Of a stretch of DNA of 64,000 nucleotides, positions 19,894 through 29,005 are shown in pieces (within the stretch, counting starts at the first letter, position 1; the number at the start of each line of letters is the position of its first letter). The stretch spans positions 32,001 to 96,000 of the forward strand of contig JBHIAE010000001.1 in NCBI GenBank assembly GCA_046758445.1, in the 5' to 3' direction. The translations under genes and the position numbers were made by a program. Origin of the DNA: Candidatus Thorarchaeota archaeon. GTDB lineage: Archaea; Asgardarchaeota; Thorarchaeia; Thorarchaeales; Thorarchaeaceae. Below the pieces are notes generated by a model, which worked only from the letters and a program-made list of their open reading frames with translations, had not been told where the DNA came from and did no database searches.

Positions 19894-22428
19894 ATGACCG
19901 CGAGTGATCACGTAGATGGCGACAATGCGGAAGTCACAGAGCCTGATGTCGTATCAGGAACTGAAGAGGTCCGAATCGGAGTCTTCCCTTGTATGTGTGG
20001 GAAGAACATTGGCGCGGTGGTTGACATCGATGCGGTAGCCGAATATGCAAGTTCTCTGTCAGGAGTTGTCTTCGTTCAGACAAATAGGTACACTTGCGCT
20101 GACCCGGGACAGAAAGAGATTCAGGATGCAATCAAAGAACATAGTCTGAACAGGGTTGTGGTGGCCTCATGTTCACCCACGATGCATGAAGACACTTTCA
20201 GAAAGACTGTCAAAGCAGCAGGTTTGAATCCGTACCTCTGCGTCATGGCTAACATCCGAGAACATGTCTCATGGGTTCACGCGCACGAGCCCGAGAAAGC
20301 CACGCAGAAGGCGATGGAGCTTGTGGCAATGTCTGTGGCGAAAGCCGCTACCCTAGAGGCACAACCAGAACTCGATGTCCCAGTGACACAGGCGGCCATG
20401 GTAGTCGGTGCAGGAGTGGCAGGAATGCAGGCGGCTCTTGATTTGGCAGAGGCGGGATTCAAGGTCCATCTCATTGAGCGCATGCCCACCATTGGGGGAA
20501 TCATGGCAATTCTTGACAAGGTCTTTCCGCAGAATGATTGTTCAATCTGTATTCTGGGGCCCAAGATGGTTGACGTCGCGAAACACCCCAATATCAATCT
20601 GATAACAATGGCTGAGGTCGATGAGATTTCAGGTTATGTGGGTAATTTCAGTGTCCGGGTAAAACAGAGAGCACGCTACGTCGATCCTGACACGTGTACC
20701 GCTTGTGGAGATTGCGTAGAGGTCTGCCCTGTCGACGTTCCAAGCAGAACAGACCAGAACCTGACTTGGAACAAGGCCATCAGCATTCCATTCCCACAGG
20801 CAGTTCCGTCCTCGTACTACATCGATCCAGACGCCTGTCTTGGCATGGACTTGATACGGTGCGGGAAGTGTATTGACAGGTGCGAACAAGAGGCAATCAT
20901 ACCCTCTGATAAGGACAGAATAATCGAGTTCGATGTTGGAGTTATCATTCTGGCAACCGGTTTCTCTCCCGCGGACCCAAACAAGATACCAAGGCTAGGC
21001 TGGGGCCGATATCCTAATGTCATAACTTCGCTAGAGTTTGAGAGATTGATCAATGCGGCTGGGCCTACGGAGGGACACCTCGTGAAGCCCTCTGATCTGA
21101 CAAAACCTGAATCAGTCGCCATTGCTCAATGCGTTGGATCAAGAAGTATCAGCACACGAACCGGTTGTTCAAATTTCTGTTGTGCAGAATCTGTGAAGTG
21201 CGCTCTACTGATAAAGGAGCATCATCCCGACACTGAAGTCACTATCTATTACCAGGACCTTCGAATGCACGGAAAGTACTTCGAAGACCAGTATCTAAAA
21301 GCGAGGGAAGAGGGCATCAATTTCATCAGAGGGCGAGTAGGTGAGATTCAGCAATATCCCAACACCAAGAATCTACGGATAAGTGTAGAAGACACCACGC
21401 ACAACAAGCTGCTGATGGTTGATTATGACTTGGTCATTCTTTCGATGGGCGCGGAGGGCACAGCAGGAAACTTCCCATTGCCGATATCCTGCACCTCTGA
21501 CTCTTTCTATATAGAATCACATCCAAAACTTAGACCGGTAGACACCAGCTCAGCAGGTGTATTCATCTGCGGCGGAGCCGAGTCACCGAAGGACATTCGA
21601 GACTCGGTGATTCAGGCGAGTGCCGCTGCAGGTCGGGCAGCAATCATTCTCCAGAAAGGACGATATCCAATCGAAGCCCTGAGCGCCAAGATTCTCCAGG
21701 ACAGATGCAATCGATGTGGAACCTGTGTGAAGAGGTGTCCTTATGGTGCTATACTAGTGGATGGGACCGACAAACATACCGTGATGGGCGCCCTCTGCCA
21801 GGCCTGCGGCACATGTGCTGGAGACTGTCCCAAGGGTGCCATCTACATGCCCAATTTCACTGATGAGCAGATTGAGGCCCAGATTGAGATGGCCCTGAAG
21901 GATGATGCTTCAGGAAAGATTATGGCCTTTGCTTGTGCGTTCTGCTCATATCGCGGCTCAGATCTAGCAGGAGTTTCGCGAATGCAGTATCCAACTAATG
22001 TTAGAATCATCCGCTCCATGTGTTCAGGACGGTTCCACACCAAGTTTGCACAGAAAGCGTTTGACCTGGGTGCAGGCGCAGTGCTCTATTCTGGCTGTCA
22101 TCTGCCCTCTGATTGTCACTTTCAGACAGGGAACCACTGGATGGCCAAACGTGAACCTCGAATCCGTGGGTGGATGAAAAGGAACAAGATAGCAGACGAG
22201 AGATTTCGTGTAGAATGGGTATCTGCAGGTGAAGGCAAGAAATGGCAGACAATAATGACGGAGATGTCAGACGTTGCCGAGAACAACATGAAGACACTCA
22301 TAGCGAAACCCAAACCAAAATCAAGCGCGAAGCCTCGCCCCAAGGCGAAAAAGAGGACTAAGACTGCATCTGCCGGAGCCAAGAAGAGGAGCCCGAAGAA
22401 GCGTCAACCCAAGAAGCAGGTGAGATGA
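19894..22428 (+). CDS. hdrA: Heterodisulfide reductase subunit A fused to MvhD, with Lys-rich tail
   Basis: CMCGKNI, GAGVAG FAD motif, DCSIC, ferredoxin inserts, QCVGSR..CSNFCC; C-terminal CAFCSY..DLAG..CSGR..GCH..DCH MvhD domain. Confidence 0.95.
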   Translation: MTASDHVDGDNAEVTEPDVVSGTEEVRIGVFPCMCGKNIGAVVDIDAVAEYASSLSGVVFVQTNRYTCADPGQKEIQDAIKEHSLNRVVVASCSPTMHEDTFRKTVKAAGLNPYLCVMANIREHVSWVHAHEPEKATQKAMELVAMSVAKAATLEAQPELDVPVTQAAMVVGAGVAGMQAALDLAEAGFKVHLIERMPTIGGIMAILDKVFPQNDCSICILGPKMVDVAKHPNINLITMAEVDEISGYVGNFSVRVKQRARYVDPDTCTACGDCVEVCPVDVPSRTDQNLTWNKAISIPFPQAVPSSYYIDPDACLGMDLIRCGKCIDRCEQEAIIPSDKDRIIEFDVGVIILATGFSPADPNKIPRLGWGRYPNVITSLEFERLINAAGPTEGHLVKPSDLTKPESVAIAQCVGSRSISTRTGCSNFCCAESVKCALLIKEHHPDTEVTIYYQDLRMHGKYFEDQYLKAREEGINFIRGRVGEIQQYPNTKNLRISVEDTTHNKLLMVDYDLVILSMGAEGTAGNFPLPISCTSDSFYIESHPKLRPVDTSSAGVFICGGAESPKDIRDSVIQASAAAGRAAIILQKGRYPIEALSAKILQDRCNRCGTCVKRCPYGAILVDGTDKHTVMGALCQACGTCAGDCPKGAIYMPNFTDEQIEAQIEMALKDDASGKIMAFACAFCSYRGSDLAGVSRMQYPTNVRIIRSMCSGRFHTKFAQKAFDLGAGAVLYSGCHLPSDCHFQTGNHWMAKREPRIRGWMKRNKIADERFRVEWVSAGEGKKWQTIMTEMSDVAENNMKTLIAKPKPKSSAKPRPKAKKRTKTASAGAKKRSPKKRQPKKQVR

Positions 22429-22914
22429 GTGACAGAGAAGACGCACATCGACAAAATCAAGGAGTCCGCCAGACCATGCTTTCAGTGTGGTATCTGTTCC
22501 TCATCCTGTCCTGTCTTCCGCGTTGCACCGGGAGTGAATCCTAGAGTAGCAATAGACTCCCTCGTTTCCAAAGGCGAAATCCCGGAGGAGGGAAACGAAT
22601 GGATGTGCGCATACTGTCTAATGTGCGACCAGCGTTGCCCGATGGGAGTTTCACTCACAGAGATACTGATAGCCGTCAAGAACATCTCTGCAGCGGAGGG
22701 AAAGGCTCCTCCTAGTATTGTGCAAGCAGTCGAATCATTCTTCGCAACGGGTGCAATCGCGCCTGGTTCTACTGGAGTGGAAAGAAAACGAAATGCGCTC
22801 GACCTCCCAGAACTACCCAAACCGAATGCCCAGCACATTCAGAAGTTGTTTGAGAATACTGGTGCCATGAAGATCCTAGAAGAGAACTTGGCAAAGGAGA
22901 GCTCTGTTAAATGA
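22429..22914 (+). CDS. hdrC: Heterodisulfide reductase subunit C
   Basis: CFQCGICSSSCP and WMCAYCLMCDQRCP. Confidence 0.92.
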   Translation: MTEKTHIDKIKESARPCFQCGICSSSCPVFRVAPGVNPRVAIDSLVSKGEIPEEGNEWMCAYCLMCDQRCPMGVSLTEILIAVKNISAAEGKAPPSIVQAVESFFATGAIAPGSTGVERKRNALDLPELPKPNAQHIQKLFENTGAMKILEENLAKESSVK

Positions 22915-23813
22915 AGTACGCGTTCTTCCCTGGCTGCACGATGGCATATCGACTGCCCTTTGCAGAGAAGTCTATCCGTATGGTTGCACCCAGTCTAGGC
23001 ATTGAACTTGTGGATCTCCCCTTCACTTGTTGTCCTGAGCCGAATGGAATAAGGTCCTTCTCTGATGACACTTGGCTTGTCTTTGCTGCTCGTAACATCG
23101 CTCTTGCTGAGGAGAAGAACCTGGACATCCTTGCGGCCTGTGCGGGCTGTCACGAGTCACTGTCCATGGCGAAGCATGAACTCGACACGAAATCGTTTAG
23201 GAAGGACCTTGCAAATGAGAAGCTCTCTGACATTGGTATGGAATACAAAGGCACTGCATCGATCAGCCATCTCCACCAGCTGTTGTTCGATAGCATTGGG
23301 ACTGAGGAGATAGCAAAGAAGGTAGTGAAACCAGTCTCCATACGAGTCGTCACGCACTCTGGCTGCCATTTGTTGAGACCTGAGAGCATCCTGCATGTTG
23401 ATAGTGCAGAAGCGCCCATCAAGCTGGACAAGCTTGTAGAAACCCTTGGTATGGAGTCTCTTGAGCACATGGACAAGACAATGTGTTGCGGAGCAGGAAT
23501 TCGAGGACAGGCCTCTGAAACCTCCTTTGCGGTTCTGAAAGAGAAACTCTCTAGTATGATGATGGTTGGTCCTGAGGCGGCGGTCGTCTTCTGTCCAACG
23601 TGCTTCATCTCTTTTGAGTCAGGACAGAGAATTGTGAATAGGATCTACAAGACTGACTTCAGACTGCCAGTATACTACTACACTGAGCTACTAGCAGTCG
23701 CACTGGACCTCTCTAATGTCGAGAGTGTGCTCGCCGAACATAGAATCAAGCCGGACATTCCGCTGATGAAGAGGGTACCTCAGGAATCAGGGAGTCCATC
23801 GACATCACCATGA
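22911..23813 (+). CDS. hdrB: Heterodisulfide reductase subunit B
   Basis: FPGC..CCP..CAGC and HSGCH..CCG..CPTC CCG-domain motifs. Confidence 0.92.
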   Translation: MKYAFFPGCTMAYRLPFAEKSIRMVAPSLGIELVDLPFTCCPEPNGIRSFSDDTWLVFAARNIALAEEKNLDILAACAGCHESLSMAKHELDTKSFRKDLANEKLSDIGMEYKGTASISHLHQLLFDSIGTEEIAKKVVKPVSIRVVTHSGCHLLRPESILHVDSAEAPIKLDKLVETLGMESLEHMDKTMCCGAGIRGQASETSFAVLKEKLSSMMMVGPEAAVVFCPTCFISFESGQRIVNRIYKTDFRLPVYYYTELLAVALDLSNVESVLAEHRIKPDIPLMKRVPQESGSPSTSP

Positions 23814-23838
23814 ATTCATGACCAGAACCTAGCCATGA

Positions 23839-24489
23839 GTGTGCAAGAAAACGATGATGAGCGGAGACCTAACCGTAGGCATTCTGGCTGGTGGCGAGTC
23901 CTCTCGTTTCAGGTCCGAGAAGAGTCTTGCTGATTTCAGAGGGAAGCCACTGGTTTCACGAATGATTGAGATTGCGAAGCAGTTGTCAGACAATGTGCTA
24001 GTCGTTGTGTCAAGTGAGGAAGGAAACAAAGCTGTCAAGGACATCATCGGCGAAACAATGGTTGTGGTAGACCCCGATGAGTCTATAAGATGTGCACTGA
24101 CCGGAGCGCTCACTGCTTTCGAACACACAGACACTTCCTATACGCTTCTTTTGCCTGTTGATACTCCTCTCGCAAACGTGCAACTTCTGAGAACCCTATA
24201 CGACCTGCGTGCAGGGCACGGTGCGGTAGTCCCTTCTTGGCCCTCGGGATACATTGAGCCTCTCCATGCAGTCTATCTGGCAGAACACGCCTACTCAAAG
24301 GGGATGAGAGTTTCCAGTGAAGGCAAGTACAGAATGAGAAACCTTCTGGATAGTCTGTCAAATGTAATGTATGTTTCAACAATGGTTCTGAAGGAGATAG
24401 ATCCGGATTTGCAGACTTTCACCAACATCAATACAGAGTCTGATTTGAGAGAGCTGGAAAGCAGAGCAAAAAGAAAGACTGGAAACTAG
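23839..24489 (+). CDS. mobA: Molybdenum cofactor guanylyltransferase
   Basis: ILAGGESSRF..EK, PVDTP, EPLHAVY, NINT. Confidence 0.92.
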   Translation: MCKKTMMSGDLTVGILAGGESSRFRSEKSLADFRGKPLVSRMIEIAKQLSDNVLVVVSSEEGNKAVKDIIGETMVVVDPDESIRCALTGALTAFEHTDTSYTLLLPVDTPLANVQLLRTLYDLRAGHGAVVPSWPSGYIEPLHAVYLAEHAYSKGMRVSSEGKYRMRNLLDSLSNVMYVSTMVLKEIDPDLQTFTNINTESDLRELESRAKRKTGN

Positions 24490-24528
24490 GTTCCTCGTGA
24501 GTTCTCACTCACATGAGCTTCTCAGATA

Positions 24529-24849
24529 CTAGATGTCCTCAGACTTGATGTCGTCAAGTATCACCATCGACACTCCGAGAGTGACGGACAGTCGACCAGC
24601 CAGTTCCTTCGGACTGATGTCTGGATTCTTTGACAGGATGACGTCCCTGGTATATCCTGCCAAGCTCGCATAGCGCGGGTTCTTTCTGGCGGTTTCGACC
24701 AGAATATCCCAGAGAGGATGTGTCTTGAAGTCTGTTAGATTGATCTCGATATGACGAGTCGATTTGGTCTTCCTACGATGACCAGGAGGGTTGTCTTCAG
24801 AATCAGACGTGCTATCATTGGTGTGTCTTGTGAGTCGCTCCTGCTTCAA
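24529..24849 (-). CDS. Hypothetical protein with C-terminal HTH-like segment
   Basis: PDISPKELAGRLSVT; start uncertain. Confidence 0.55.
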   Translation of the reverse strand: MKQERLTRHTNDSTSDSEDNPPGHRRKTKSTRHIEINLTDFKTHPLWDILVETARKNPRYASLAGYTRDVILSKNPDISPKELAGRLSVTLGVSMVILDDIKSEDI

Positions 24850-24949
24850 GTCTGCATCACTTACCTATTCCCGGCGAGAGTCTTGGGTAGAGGCTCTCTG
24901 ACCCAATGTGCTGACCTGTGATATAAGGGTTCGGACGTCAATCACGATT

Positions 24950-25032
24950 GAGTAGCGTTCGGCATCTGATGAACCCGAGGGCTACTTCGAAACCTGTGTT
25001 CTCCGTCATGATACACTTGACTTGCCCTGACG
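24950..25032 (+). ncRNA. Candidate box C/D guide sRNA
   Basis: C UGAUGA 24967-72, D' UCGA 24987-90, C' AUGAUA 25008-13, D CUGA 25027-30; 13-14 nt guides; TATA-like ATATAAG at ~24921. Confidence 0.6.
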
Positions 25033-25099
25033 TAAGGTTTAACAGGAGTCTCCCAGACCAGAAGGCCAAGAAACAAGACCCAAAGGTCAATTTCGGAGT

Positions 25100-25405
25100 A
25101 TGACTTTATTGCCTCAAGGCATTAGAAGAATTGTTCTTGACGTGCTTAAGCCTCACACACCTAGGCTCACTGACCTTGCTCTTATGCTCTCAAGATGCGA
25201 GGATGTAAACGGGTTGAACATCTCCTTGAAGGAGGTTGACCAGAACACGGAAAGCATCACCATCACTCTTGAAGGTGATGACCTGCAGTATGAAACCATT
25301 AAGGAGATTCTCGAGCAGGCAGGCGCTGTGATACACTCAATCGATCAAGTGGTTGCTGGAAAGCGATTTGTAGAGGAGGTTACTCTCCAGCCAGAGAACT
25401 CGTAA
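25100..25405 (+). CDS. DUF211 family protein
   Basis: IRRIVLDVLKPH.P and GAVIHSIDQV.AG. Confidence 0.92.
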   Translation: MTLLPQGIRRIVLDVLKPHTPRLTDLALMLSRCEDVNGLNISLKEVDQNTESITITLEGDDLQYETIKEILEQAGAVIHSIDQVVAGKRFVEEVTLQPENS

Positions 25406-26002
25406 TCAGGTCTTTTGTCGTCCATCAAGTTGGTCTAGGAGCCGCTTGCTTTCCTCCTCGATCTTTCGCTGCACAAGACGGTGCAGCTCGTGCTCAAAGG
25501 TAGGTGGAACTACCTTGACCACACTGCAAAGTCTGTCCACAATCTTGTCGGCCAACGCATTCGGTGACACAACGCTGCCTTTTACTATCCCCTGTACGAC
25601 TTCCTCTCCCACACTGCCCATCACAATGGAATCGACGACACTCAATATGGTGCCCCTAGGGTCGACATAGAACGGGTTGCGACTGCTGTCGTATAGGACT
25701 ATGAACCCAAGCTTCTCGATGATGCTGTCAGTATACCATTCAAGACTTGACTCCTTCATTCGAAGCCTGTTGGCGAACTCGGTCTTGGTGAGAGGATTGG
25801 GATGGCTCCAGGGGTGTCTTGTTACAACATAGAGGGCAGCCCCAAACAGTGGATCCACCTCACGAGGTGTGCCCTCTTGGGAAACGTATCTTCTGACAAG
25901 ATCAAGCGCCATGCTTTCGTATCGCTCATCTATCTTGTTCTCAGTGTAGAACTCGTGAGCGTCCCTGATCACTTCCACTATCACCTGTGGACTAACCACC
26001 AT
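25406..26002 (-). CDS. Hypothetical protein with TFB-like cyclin/HTH domain
   Basis: DPLFGAALYV..LTKTEFANRLRMKESSLEWY...IIEKLG aligns by eye to the C-terminal TFB repeat; start uncertain (up to 26083). Confidence 0.55.
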   Translation of the reverse strand: MVVSPQVIVEVIRDAHEFYTENKIDERYESMALDLVRRYVSQEGTPREVDPLFGAALYVVTRHPWSHPNPLTKTEFANRLRMKESSLEWYTDSIIEKLGFIVLYDSSRNPFYVDPRGTILSVVDSIVMGSVGEEVVQGIVKGSVVSPNALADKIVDRLCSVVKVVPPTFEHELHRLVQRKIEEESKRLLDQLDGRQKT

Positions 26003-26128
26003 GCTCTTCTCAAAGTGGGTCAAGGTCCTTGGCGCTCCTAACGTGCAAACCCGAAAACAAGACTGAGGGAACTGGACTGACATTAATACTTTTGCACATG
26101 AAGAACAGGTGAGTTGTTGTTGGCGCGC

Positions 26129-26695
26129 TCAACGTGCCCGATATGTCTTCTCAAGTGCCCACCTTAATGCCCTTTGGATTTCACCAAACCTATCCTCATT
26201 ACCGAAGTTGCGGATTGTCACTTCTTGGAGAATGCCATCCTCAGCCCGCACTTCGAAGTCGAAAGCTTGCTCCCATTCTATCTCTCCGTTCTCCACTCTA
26301 TGGCGATCCTCTTCCTGGAACTTCCCAAGGATTCTCTCCACAAAGAATCGAGCAAATGCGCCACGCTTAATGTCGTAAATAGCGTGAGATGCTGGATGCA
26401 CGGTCAGACTCTGGCCGTCAGTTTCTATTGTGGCAAGCTCCAATTCACGTGCCTTGTTCATTACGCTAACTGAACGGGCTTCACCAGCTTCAATCACAGG
26501 AGAGGTGGTAGCCGAAGGTGCTGCCTGGGTAGGAGCAATTGCAGAATCCGCTGTGGCAAAGCTGCTAGATCCTATCATCGAGTCGAGGACCTGGATGTAT
26601 TCCTGCAGCCTCTCCACCTTATCTCTAAGCTCAGCCAGTTGCTCATCAAGCTCTCTTCTCAGCTCGAGAAGAATGCGTATCTCTGGGTTCTCCAC
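26129..26695 (-). CDS. Conserved archaeal hypothetical protein with N-terminal coiled coil
   Basis: Heptad N-terminus, low-complexity linker, C-domain ending EIQRALRWALEK. Confidence 0.7.
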   Translation of the reverse strand: MENPEIRILLELRRELDEQLAELRDKVERLQEYIQVLDSMIGSSSFATADSAIAPTQAAPSATTSPVIEAGEARSVSVMNKARELELATIETDGQSLTVHPASHAIYDIKRGAFARFFVERILGKFQEEDRHRVENGEIEWEQAFDFEVRAEDGILQEVTIRNFGNEDRFGEIQRALRWALEKTYRAR

Positions 26696-26801
26696 TTGCC
26701 GACCTCAATCTAGTTCTGAATGGGCTACTTCGTATGTAGTCAAAGGCATTTTAGTTCATGTGTTATTGAGTTCTGAGCCAGTTTCACGAGAATGCCGAAG
26801 A

Positions 26802-27035
26802 CTAATCAGACACAACCGATATTGCAAAATCGGGACACTCAAGCTCACAAAGTCCACAGACCTTGCATGCATCAATATCAACCACAACCGGGAGAAAGAA
26901 ACCGCGATTGTCCACCTCACCGGACTTCTCTAGAACATCATGCGGACAGACGGAGATGCATATGTCACAGCCCTTGCATAGTTTCGTGTCTACAACGATT
27001 TCGCTGGCGGTCTTGGGCATTTGCCGGGTCTCCAA
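26802..27035 (-). CDS. 2x[4Fe-4S] ferredoxin (KorD/delta-like)
   Basis: CKGCDICISVCP and CKVCGLCELECPDFAI. Confidence 0.92.
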   Translation of the reverse strand: METRQMPKTASEIVVDTKLCKGCDICISVCPHDVLEKSGEVDNRGFFLPVVVDIDACKVCGLCELECPDFAISVVSD

Positions 27036-27137
27036 GCCCTCAGCTCATTTCGCAGAATATAACGATATTCATGTGCTCATAGAGAGGCGGTGTTAAATAG
27101 ACAGAGTGCGGACACATTGTAGGAGGCTCGTACACAT

Positions 27138-27854
27138 TTGCTGAAGTCGTTCCTCGTCTTCATGTGTCAGAAATGCAGGAACTTCACAAATGCTCCTGCA
27201 GGACAGAAACGCAGAAGATGCAGCTACTGCGGACATATCATCAACGTCACAAAGGCATCGTGTGCAGTATTTGACTCTCCAGAGATGGCCACGGCTGCTG
27301 TAAAGGAGTTTAACGCGTCCAGGGGAGGCGACGAGTTTGAAAAAGCGGTTGAGATGAGTAGAGACAAGGTTCGCGCACTTCTTCCTTCTGAAACAATACT
27401 GGCTGAGGATGTTGTGGAGAAGAGCAGGACTACACCACCTGCGGGGAAGAATAAGCGGCTCATTCGACTCCTCGAGGAGAATGCAACAGACGGCGAGTGT
27501 TCGCTAGATAGATTGGCTGGATTATCCCCCAAGTATCATTTGGAGTGGTCGTGGGTGGAGAAGCAGCTCACTAAGCTATCCAATCAAGGGACGTTGATAT
27601 TCCCCAGACCCTGGTCCGTTCGGTTCATCCGAAGTGCCGGAGACAGACCGAAGAGAGCAAGTGAAAGTGTTGATGTTTCCGAAGATATCCTAGAGCTTCT
27701 CGCGCAGTTGGGAGGAAAGGCCAGGCTTGAAAGACTGGCTGAACACTTTGAGAAACAAGGAATCTCGCAGGATTCTGTGGAGAAGTCACTAGATCGATTG
27801 ATGAGGAGCGGACACCTCTACGAGCCCAGTCCAGGATTGCTTAGTCTAGCGTGA
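27138..27854 (+). CDS. Zn-ribbon (DUF1922-like) protein with two winged-helix domains
   Basis: CQKC..CSYCG; two wHTH-like ends (KLSNQGTLIFPRP, RLMRSGHLYEPSPG). Confidence 0.7.
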   Translation: MLKSFLVFMCQKCRNFTNAPAGQKRRRCSYCGHIINVTKASCAVFDSPEMATAAVKEFNASRGGDEFEKAVEMSRDKVRALLPSETILAEDVVEKSRTTPPAGKNKRLIRLLEENATDGECSLDRLAGLSPKYHLEWSWVEKQLTKLSNQGTLIFPRPWSVRFIRSAGDRPKRASESVDVSEDILELLAQLGGKARLERLAEHFEKQGISQDSVEKSLDRLMRSGHLYEPSPGLLSLA

Positions 27855-27866
27855 CCATTCGATTGA

Positions 27867-28292
27867 TTGAATAGCAGAAGCTTCAAAGGAGCTGTGGAAG
27901 CAATGCCAATTGTAGAGCTTGTAGCAAAGAGAACTCTTCAGAGTAACCCAGAGTTGGGGCTTGAAGTCATTGACCTGATCGTTCTCCTTTGGCTCTATTC
28001 GAACCCCTATGAAAGCAAGAGAAGACAGCTAAGCAGTATGAGAACCGTGTTGAAGATGACTGAGACCCTTCAGACACCCGGCAAGGGGATAGAGCTTACA
28101 GATGATGACTTGACTCAGATTGTATTGGCAAGTCTGCAGAAGCTTAAGCAAAGGGGCCTTGTATACGTAAGGTCGGCGGGAGTACACTTCATAAAAGCAA
28201 CAATGACCGATTCTGGCATAGACTTGGTCAAGGAGTCTGTCACAACTCCAGTGTTGAGACGAATCACAGCCGAGTTCGGTGACAATCCCTGA
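27867..28292 (+). CDS. Winged-helix hypothetical protein
   Basis: SLQKLKQRGLV....MT.SG wing motif; start may be 27903. Confidence 0.6.
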   Translation: MNSRSFKGAVEAMPIVELVAKRTLQSNPELGLEVIDLIVLLWLYSNPYESKRRQLSSMRTVLKMTETLQTPGKGIELTDDDLTQIVLASLQKLKQRGLVYVRSAGVHFIKATMTDSGIDLVKESVTTPVLRRITAEFGDNP

Positions 28293-28323
28293 TGCTCAGT
28301 TAGAAATGATTTCTTTCGCAATG

Positions 28324-28539
28324 TTTAAATTGACAGTTCTCACGGCGGACACCTGTCGCTCTAGCATGACGACTGTTTCAGAACCGATGGATTCAGTGCA
28401 GGCCTCTAGTTCTGCGCGCGGAGTTTGCCTGCAGACGTGTGCCGGAAGGTTCTGGAGTGGTTGTATAGCGTGTGACACCACTTTGGCAACTTGAGAGTCA
28501 AGTAGCTAGGTGAAACTTGAGCACCGGATGTGAGTCGAT
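28324..28539 (+). promoter_or_regulatory. Promoter and long structured 5' leader of the rpl22 operon
   Basis: TTTAAAT at 28324; extended hairpin 28354-28477; small hairpin ACTTGA/TCAAGT 28489-28503. Confidence 0.5.
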
Positions 28540-29004
28540 ATGCCGACATATGGATACTCAATCATAGGCATTGACCCGGATAAGACGGCCGTTTCTAGTG
28601 GTCGAAACATGAGATGTTCTCCCAAGCAGTGCAGGGAGGTCTGCAATGCCATACACGGCATGATGCTAGACAAGGCCATCGAACTCCTTGAGAATGTCAT
28701 TGAAGAGAAAGCATGGATCCCATTCAGACGTCACAAGAAGAAGAGAGGACACCATTCTGGGATGAAGAAATGGGCTGCTGGAGGCCATCCAGTAAAGGCC
28801 TCTCAGAATATCCTCAAAGTCCTAAGAAATGCGGAGGCCAATGCTGACAACAAGGGTCTGGACATAGACCGACTGAGAATCATCCACGCTGCTGCAAATA
28901 GAGGAACCACATACAAGAAGTACATCGAGAGAGCATTTGGAAGAAGCACACCATACTTCGAGAATACAACACACGTGGAGATTGTGCTGGAGGAAGTGAT
29001 GTAG
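28540..29004 (+). CDS. rpl22: 50S ribosomal protein uL22
   Basis: SPK..REVC, PFRRH and RAFGR..HVEIVL. Confidence 0.97.
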   Translation: MPTYGYSIIGIDPDKTAVSSGRNMRCSPKQCREVCNAIHGMMLDKAIELLENVIEEKAWIPFRRHKKKRGHHSGMKKWAAGGHPVKASQNILKVLRNAEANADNKGLDIDRLRIIHAAANRGTTYKKYIERAFGRSTPYFENTTHVEIVLEEVM

Positions 29005-29005
29005 A

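Noticed and set aside
19894-22428. Selenocysteine recoding in HdrA/MvhD
   Set aside because: The frame is fully open and the usual Sec positions are Cys (DCSIC, CAFC, GCH)
24963-25010. Hammerhead ribozyme (CUGAUGA...GAAAC...GUC with CAU/AUG stem)
   Set aside because: Stem II lacks a closing pair and stem III has only 2 bp; the C/D-box layout explains the sequence better
27138-27854. ESCRT-II subunit (tandem winged helices)
   Set aside because: The N-terminal Zn ribbon fits a generic archaeal family; no ESCRT motifs or neighbours
28354-28480. SRP RNA (contains CCGGAAGG)
   Set aside because: Too short and lacks the helix 8 AGCAG/AGCAA symmetric-loop strand
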